Part shown: one piece after another, positions 59,201 to 64,000 of the stretch
Numbering within the stretch: the first letter of the stretch is position 1
Layout of the letters: each line of letters opens with the position of its first letter
The notes under the pieces: generated by a model
Seen by the model: only the letters and a program-made list of their open reading frames with translations
Databases searched by the model: none
Told to the model about the DNA's origin: nothing
Position numbers and translations under genes: made by a program
From: a virus
Direction: 5' to 3' (one strand)
Virus record (IMG/VR): IMGVR_UViG_3300030106_005205
Span: 1 to 64,000 of that record
Length of the DNA stretch: 64,000 nucleotides

Positions 59201-59936
59201 TCTTAGCGGTATTGATATCGACAGAGCCTGAGACAGTCCCAAGCCTTGCTGTGTTGGTTGCGATATTCGTGGTGTTAGTATCGACAGTCCCTGAAACAGT
59301 TCCGATATTAGCGGTGTTAATATCCACAGAGCCTGAGACAGTCCCAAGCCTTGCTGTGTTGGTTGCGATGTTCGTTGTATTGGTTGAGATACTCGACGTG
59401 TTGGTCGCAGCGGTTCCAGAAACGCCAGTTATCTTAGCGAGGTTGGCCGCTATGTCTGAGTCATTGCTAGATATTTGAGTCTGTAAATGACCTGAAGCAC
59501 CTGTGACATATGCTTCTGTTGCAAAGCCAGCTATGCCTGTGAAGGCTGTTGTTTGTTTTGTTCCGTCGTTGAATACTATACCAGTTGCACCTACATCTAG
59601 GCCGGTGACTGAAACATTATTATTTTCATCAGCTATTACTATTTTGCTAGCTGGTAATGTAACAAAGACTAAGCCACTACCGCCTAGGTTTATCTTTGCT
59701 CCTCCTGCACTACTGTCAAATACAGTGTCTCTTGAGAGGGTGTTAGAACTATAGGTTCCTATGCCTACCTCCCAGCCAGAAGGTGATTCTTCTATTGCGT
59801 AATAGGTTTTGGTCCCATTTCCTAAGACAGAGAAATCATCAAAGCCGCTGGAAGCGTATGAGACATGAAATGTGATTGTGCCAGAACCAGTAGTGTTGGT
59901 TCCTTGCTTTACTCTATCTTGTATTTTGATAGCCAC
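56286..59936 (-). CDS. Long repetitive fibre protein
   Basis: DRVK..T.T.G.G...WEVGIGTY N-domain; heptad repeats; GVVQL and VTNAKLAN repeats; W.GG..PTLT...DVFGF C-domain; GTG start after AAAGGAG. Confidence 0.8.
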   Translation of the reverse strand: MAIKIQDRVKQGTNTTGSGTITFHVSYASSGFDDFSVLGNGTKTYYAIEESPSGWEVGIGTYSSNTLSRDTVFDSSAGGAKINLGGSGLVFVTLPASKIVIADENNNVSVTGLDVGATGIVFNDGTKQTTAFTGIAGFATEAYVTGASGHLQTQISSNDSDIAANLAKITGVSGTAATNTSSISTNTTNIATNTARLGTVSGSVDINTANIGTVSGTVDTNTTNIATNTARLGTVSGSVDINTAKITGVSGVAASKDNYQYWTLSDGATDEDVTTTEKITFTGAGNTSVSYSSNVVTISGSSAGGGGDGYDFNVSAGGSADTISSGQTVIWTGLGNNTVTYNSSSNTFSISGADQDLSSYATQSYVTGASGHLQSQITSNDNDISINLAKITGVSGTAATNATNISTNVTNISTNTTRLADVSGSVDINTAKIGTVSGTAADNATNIANTSGDLYGHWIISAGAVQENVAKTEKVKFTGTGATTVSYDTGTNTLTVNTPSSEAGYEYWTATDGSANTSSVANGQAVRITGAGNVTVDFASGSPNIFTVSGADQDLSSYATQAYVTGASGHLQTQISSNDSDIASNVTNIAANTARLADVSGSVDINTAMITGVSGTAATNTTNITTNVTNIAANTARLGTVSGSVDINTAMITGVSGTAATNTSSISTNTTNIAANTARLADVSGSVDINTAKITGVSGNLNTVSGLLYTSWTVSDGLNSEAITAGGQVNFTGGGNTTVSYNTSSNTVTISGNDVSNTYNAGSGLNEDPSKTFNVQTDNSTLEVNSDIVRIKDNGVTNAKLANTGVTVSAGTGLTNGGVVALGASVTVDAITASTSAVGVVQLQDTVTDGTTNRAVTPNAVYDMSGVINGNINSYTAGSGLNLDGTEFDVKLDNSTVEFNSDIIQIKDDGVTNAKLANTGVTVTAGTGLTNGGVVALGASVTFDAILATTSGTGVVQLQDAITNGTIDRAVTPNAVYDMSGVINGNINTYTAGSGLNLDGTEFDVKLDNSTLEFNSDIIQIKDAGVSNAKLANDSVTITAGSGLSNGGEVDLGATKVIDITPGGVTNAMLAGSISESKLASDVNLDAVTDNGATTTNGINVGMVDTSGVRSAMQSGAGSSPGDTRNLDLSQASTFHHSMNQGLNNITLTNVTAGQKFVLRLTQNATATGTVSFFGGVRWPGGTVPTLTATTSKTDVFGFLCVVSGSYDGFIIGQNI
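56800..59520 (-). repeat. Imperfect intragenic repeats of the fibre gene
   Basis: Near-identical DNA blocks, e.g. GTTCGTTGTATTGGTTGAGATACTCGACGTGTTGGT near 57921 and 59370; duplicated AGSGLNLDGTEFDVKLDNST units. Confidence 0.8.
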
Positions 59937-59952
59937 GAGATCTCCTTTGTGC

Positions 59953-59998
59953 AATAAAAAAGTCGCCCCCAGCAACGCTTAGGTCACTAAAGGCGACT
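59953..59998 (-). terminator. Intrinsic terminator after major capsid gene
   Basis: AGTCGCCTTTAGTGAC/GTTGCTGGGGGCGACT 16-bp stem with G-U pairs, then a T tract. Confidence 0.8.
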
Positions 59999-60022
59999 CG
60001 TCATAAACTAAGTCAAATACTC

Positions 60023-61027
60023 TTAGAATGCTCCAAGGAGTACTCGTCTGTTGTCAAGGACAGCGAAGCCGTGTTCAGCCCAACCGTACATTCCAGCTCG
60101 TTTCTGTCTATGAAGAGTGTCATCTTCAAAGATCTGAACTTCTTGGCGTACTGGCATAACAAAACTGTCATTACTTCCCAAATCAAGACCAACTACAATT
60201 TCTTTCTTACCTGTTGGTAGTGTACCACTTAGGTCGTCAGTGTAGTAGCTTTGATATTCTTGACCTTCTCCAAGTTCATCAATATCATGAAGATTTACTT
60301 GGAAGATTCGGCTCAGTAAGCCACCTTCTCTAGTAATCAACTCACGACGTGTGATGTCATCGACTTCATCAACGCCCCAGTTACGGATATCTTCAAGACC
60401 TTCTGGACTAATAAAGAGATCGGTCATTTGGCCACGATTAACAGATGAGCTGTTACCGCCACCATTACGTCTCATGATAAGCTTCATAAGAGAAACAAGT
60501 CTCTTACTAAAGTAACCACCAGATGCATCAGCATCATATACTAAGATGTTTCTGTCAACACCAGCACTCAAAATTGTGTGCCATCCGTCGTCATTCATCT
60601 TCTTAACAAACTGACCTTGAAGAACGTCCATTGCACGTCCAACAACGTCCCAACGAGCGTCACGAGCATACTTCAACAGGAAGTCGATAGATGCACCAAC
60701 GTCATATGTTGGAACCATTACGTAGTCACCCTCAACGTGTCGTTCAGGAATTCTACCATGATTAGGGATAGTATAAGCTACAAAGTTGCTTTCTGTTCCG
60801 GGAGCAAGAAAATCCAAAGGAAATTCTGCGCTAGCACCGGGAGCAAGACGGACAGCTTCGTAGATACCATCAAGGATATCGCCGCTCATTACTCCTTTTC
60901 GAAGAGGAATTTCAAGAGCCTTAGCAAGTTCTGCTGTTGCTCCTAAAGATTCATCTTTGACCAATGAACCAGCTTGGCGAAGCACCTGATTCATCTCTGG
61001 AGTTGGGTCAAATAACTTTCTAGTCAT
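60023..61027 (-). CDS. Major capsid protein
   Basis: 334 aa after scaffold and decoration genes; strong RBS and terminator; HK97-like ending GMYGWAEHGFAVLD. Confidence 0.8.
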   Translation of the reverse strand: MTRKLFDPTPEMNQVLRQAGSLVKDESLGATAELAKALEIPLRKGVMSGDILDGIYEAVRLAPGASAEFPLDFLAPGTESNFVAYTIPNHGRIPERHVEGDYVMVPTYDVGASIDFLLKYARDARWDVVGRAMDVLQGQFVKKMNDDGWHTILSAGVDRNILVYDADASGGYFSKRLVSLMKLIMRRNGGGNSSSVNRGQMTDLFISPEGLEDIRNWGVDEVDDITRRELITREGGLLSRIFQVNLHDIDELGEGQEYQSYYTDDLSGTLPTGKKEIVVGLDLGSNDSFVMPVRQEVQIFEDDTLHRQKRAGMYGWAEHGFAVLDNRRVLLGAF

Positions 61028-61038
61028 TTAAATTCTCC

Positions 61039-61494
61039 TTACACATTTGGTATAATGTTAATTTCTACTTTAGCGTATCCGTCAGAATCCTTCGAAGAAA
61101 GGAATTGTCCGACAGGTTGACTGTCAACATCAGTTGTCAGCTCGCCATCCGATTTGTAATAAGCAATGTCGCCAGCGCTTGGAGACTTGCCTGTTTCAAT
61201 TTTATTTGTTACAACCGTACCTCTACGGAGCAAAAGAACTTTACCGCCCTTTTGAACTTCGTCTTTAGCAAAGTTGATGTGTTGACGTGTAAGGTCTAAA
61301 TTTACAACGTCATTTAACAGAAGCCCAGCAGGCTTTCCTGAACCAGTGGCTTTCACGACTTTAGCATTGCTATCGTCCATTGCTGCCCCAGAAGCTGATG
61401 TGGAAATAATAGTCATTACTCCACGTTCTGCCTCTTCGTTCATGAAAAAGCTGAGGTCTGTTAAGTGCTCGACTCTATCAGGTTTAAGTGCCAT
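61039..61494 (-). CDS. Capsid decoration/cement protein
   Basis: Between scaffold and capsid genes; PAGLLLND...G.V.T...G.L...VG.F. Confidence 0.6.
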   Translation of the reverse strand: MALKPDRVEHLTDLSFFMNEEAERGVMTIISTSASGAAMDDSNAKVVKATGSGKPAGLLLNDVVNLDLTRQHINFAKDEVQKGGKVLLLRRGTVVTNKIETGKSPSAGDIAYYKSDGELTTDVDSQPVGQFLSSKDSDGYAKVEINIIPNV

Positions 61495-61511
61495 TTAGAT
61501 ATCTCCTCAAA

Positions 61512-63083
61512 TTACTCTTTGTTAAAAATGTAGGAATCTACCCAGTCGCGAAGACCAGCTCGGGTAGTGTCTAATTCGTCTACTTCTTCTTCGGAAGCTA
61601 CTGACAAGTCAGCCTCTTCTTCTTCGGAAGCAGTCTCTAGGACTTCCTCTGCTAATACTTCAGCTTCTGCCTCTGCTTCTTCAGACTGTTCAGTATCTTC
61701 TACTGCTTCATCTGCTTCTGCGGAATCTTCTTCTCCTTCAGACGCTTCTGTTTCTTCAACTTCAACATCTTCTGGTTTAATACTCGCAATTGTCTGAACA
61801 ACTTCTTCAAATTGTTCATCTGAAAGGGAAGCAAAAGTGTCTAGCTTAGCTTCAACCTGATCTTCAGCAATACCTGCTTCGATTAAGGATGCGGCTCTCG
61901 CGTTGCGCTTCTCCTTCTCTTTCATTTCTGCGATTGCAGTTTCAGCTGCTTCTTTAGCTTCAGTCAACTCAGCGATTGTTGCTTCAAGAGCTTCAACCTT
62001 TTCTGCGTCTTCTGTAGCTTTTTCTTCAGCTTTCACTACGGCTTCGCTCAAAGACTCAACTGTCTGATTTAACTCAGCAGTTTCAGCTTCAAGCTTCTCA
62101 ACGTTGGCCTTGGAAACTTTTTCGGTTAACTCTTTTACTTCAGCTTGTGAAGTTGCTAGAGCTTCCTTAAGTTCTTTAACCTGTTCGTTTAAGAAATCGC
62201 TTGACATAAGAATCTCCTCTTCGGAACCTGCGTTAGAAATAATGTCTTGTTCTATTCTAACTGATACACCATTATTTTTAGAAAACAGGTTTTTTGACGC
62301 TGAAGCACCTGCAAAATCAAATATTTGATCTTTATCAAAGATCACACTATCTGGATTTGCCGGCCTTTCAACAAAACCCTTCCCTGAAAACGTAATATTT
62401 CTCAACATCCTGCCTACTTTGTGGTCTTGGTACTGTCCTGTACCTCCATATGATCTAAGATGTCTTGTTAAGAAAGAAGTTTCTTCGTTCCTTGCAACAA
62501 CATGATTCTCACCATCGGGGGATCGGACAGCATAGTCAAAACCTCTAAATATGCATTCCATTGATACGAACATATTCCCTTGCTCGATTTTTGATATTAG
62601 CTCTTCTGCTCTAGACTTGTATTCAGGATCTTGCCATTGTCTATAAATTACAGAAGATACTAATATATGAAGTGGGTCAGGCAAGTCATCTCCACTTGTT
62701 TCTTCACTTATTAAGTTGAACTCATTATCTACAGGCCAGCTAGATATAATACTGCCTATAATCTTTTTTTCGTCATGTTCTAGATTTGCCGGTTTGTATT
62801 CCGGAGTCTTTCTAGCCGCCCATATTTCCTCATTTCCAAAAACATCATCATTTCTATTCCAAGACGAAGTAACTAGAACTGAGTATGTGTGGTATACATC
62901 TGAATCTTGCCGGCCCGCTTTAGACAGGAACTCAGCGACATTTGCTTTACATAAATCATGTACAAATGGTTTTGATTCGTCTGAAGCAAATAGAGGGGAG
63001 GCATAAGCTATAGAAGCATTTGCTCTAATCTTTTTCTCTAAACCTGCTTCTTTTTCTGCGTTGTAAATAATAATATCATTCAT
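61512..63083 (-). CDS. Prohead protease/scaffold fusion
   Basis: N-domain NLEH...VSMEC...FSGKGFV..PA (protease-like His/Ser); long acidic coiled-coil C-terminal half. Confidence 0.65.
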   Translation of the reverse strand: MNDIIIYNAEKEAGLEKKIRANASIAYASPLFASDESKPFVHDLCKANVAEFLSKAGRQDSDVYHTYSVLVTSSWNRNDDVFGNEEIWAARKTPEYKPANLEHDEKKIIGSIISSWPVDNEFNLISEETSGDDLPDPLHILVSSVIYRQWQDPEYKSRAEELISKIEQGNMFVSMECIFRGFDYAVRSPDGENHVVARNEETSFLTRHLRSYGGTGQYQDHKVGRMLRNITFSGKGFVERPANPDSVIFDKDQIFDFAGASASKNLFSKNNGVSVRIEQDIISNAGSEEEILMSSDFLNEQVKELKEALATSQAEVKELTEKVSKANVEKLEAETAELNQTVESLSEAVVKAEEKATEDAEKVEALEATIAELTEAKEAAETAIAEMKEKEKRNARAASLIEAGIAEDQVEAKLDTFASLSDEQFEEVVQTIASIKPEDVEVEETEASEGEEDSAEADEAVEDTEQSEEAEAEAEVLAEEVLETASEEEEADLSVASEEEVDELDTTRAGLRDWVDSYIFNKE

Positions 63084-63100
63084 TTATATCACCTCTATGT

Positions 63101-63110
63101 ATTTTACACC
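63101..63110 (-). promoter_or_regulatory. Candidate late promoter GGTGTAAAAT
   Basis: Overlaps the portal stop codon, just upstream of GAGGTG RBS and ATG 63083. Confidence 0.45.
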
Positions 63111-64000
63111 AAGTTACCATTTTTAACTTGCAAATAAGTATAGTAAGAAGCACGTATGCTTCTGATCTCTTCGATACTTAGGCGTCCTTCTGAAACTTCA
63201 GATGCTTGATTAATCCATTCATCACATTCATTATGAATCTTGCTACTTGCTGGAACAGACTTAATTGCCTGTGCTATACTCTCAGGTGTTACCTTAGAGT
63301 TAGGGTCTAATGAACATAATATCTCAAACTTTACTTTTTCAGAGTGCATGGTCTCTGTAGAGCTTAGACTTCTCATATTCTTTTTGTCAAATGTCTTTAA
63401 CAATCCCGGATTTACTATCTTAGATATTTTTTTCTGTGCCTTCTGAGCCCATATCTCTGTAGATGCCTTTAATGCTGGTTTGAACTCCCTTCTTTCTCTT
63501 GGAGATGTATCCTGAGAATTCTTTGGCCTGCCAACCTCACCCGGAGAGACAGTTTCATCAACCTCTATCTTTTCTTCTTTTGGCCTGCTCCTCATCTCTA
63601 ATCCGCTTTTTTCGTCTGGAGATTGAGGCTTCAACTTTAGACCAACTTGAGAAGGAGATGCAATCCCTGTTTGTAGGGCGATCTTTTCCTTGGCAAAGTC
63701 TTTGTCAACTGCATGGTATGGACTGACTTTTTCTTGCATTGATCCTCTATTTCTTTTCTTGGTCTCGTTTGAGATTCTTTTCTCTTCAATGTTTGGTTTA
63801 GCTTTAATTTGTCTCTGAACAAATTCATCACTAATTATATTCCTGTCAGCAAGATTAATCATAAGCTGCATCATAGAAGCTGGGTCATCAAGCTGCATAA
63901 AATCAAACTCAACTTGTGCGGGCTGTCTAAAACCCATAGACTTCTGAATAGCTTTAGACTGAGCATTCCAAAATTGTAATAAGATTGATCTAACATAATT
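63104..64000 (-). CDS. Portal protein, C-terminal part (truncated by window edge)
   Basis: Frame open to window end; LADRNIIS and GRP motifs; precedes protease and capsid genes. Confidence 0.55.
   Translation of the reverse strand, partial: NYVRSILLQFWNAQSKAIQKSMGFRQPAQVEFDFMQLDDPASMMQLMINLADRNIISDEFVQRQIKAKPNIEEKRISNETKKRNRGSMQEKVSPYHAVDKDFAKEKIALQTGIASPSQVGLKLKPQSPDEKSGLEMRSRPKEEKIEVDETVSPGEVGRPKNSQDTSPRERREFKPALKASTEIWAQKAQKKISKIVNPGLLKTFDKKNMRSLSSTETMHSEKVKFEILCSLDPNSKVTPESIAQAIKSVPASSKIHNECDEWINQASEVSEGRLSIEEIRSIRASYYTYLQVKNGNLV

Noticed and set aside
56286-59936. Diversity-generating retroelement template/variable repeats
   Set aside because: Repeats are in-frame and intragenic with mostly synonymous differences not confined to adenines; no reverse transcriptase in the window
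1-64000. Stop-codon reassignment, tRNA genes, integrase
   Set aside because: Genes tile densely under the standard code using all three stops; no cloverleaf or recombinase motifs seen

Overview
A 64 kb segment of a large, AT-rich, tailed dsDNA phage genome (siphovirus-like gene order, standard genetic code, host not assignable from sequence). The + strand block (1-26.7 kb) holds a few virion-type genes, phoH and a replication/recombination module: RecA, DnaB, DnaG, dNMP kinase, a Cas4-like nuclease, and a DnaE polymerase split in two around a DEDDh exonuclease with no intein. It continues with a minimal sigma factor, a glycosyltransferase/nucleotidyltransferase cluster and a putative single-strand annealing protein. 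The - strand block (64-26.7 kb) is the morphogenesis operon (portal end, protease/scaffold, capsid, fibre, neck, tail tube, 2592-aa tape measure, tail tip) and ends in a modification cassette (PRTase-HAD fusion, two Cys-motif proteins, radical SAM, TylF methyltransferase). The best candidate for a new system is phage-encoded virion glycosylation acting on a Ser/Thr-Gly sequon enriched in structural proteins. Other notable signals: twin structured intergenic elements in front of two nuclease genes, apparently complete absence of CCWGG, a nuclease-like cargo bracketed by repeats inside the tape measure, a duplicated two-gene appendage cassette and a GGTGTAWAWT candidate late promoter. All calls come from manual motif reading, with no database searches.
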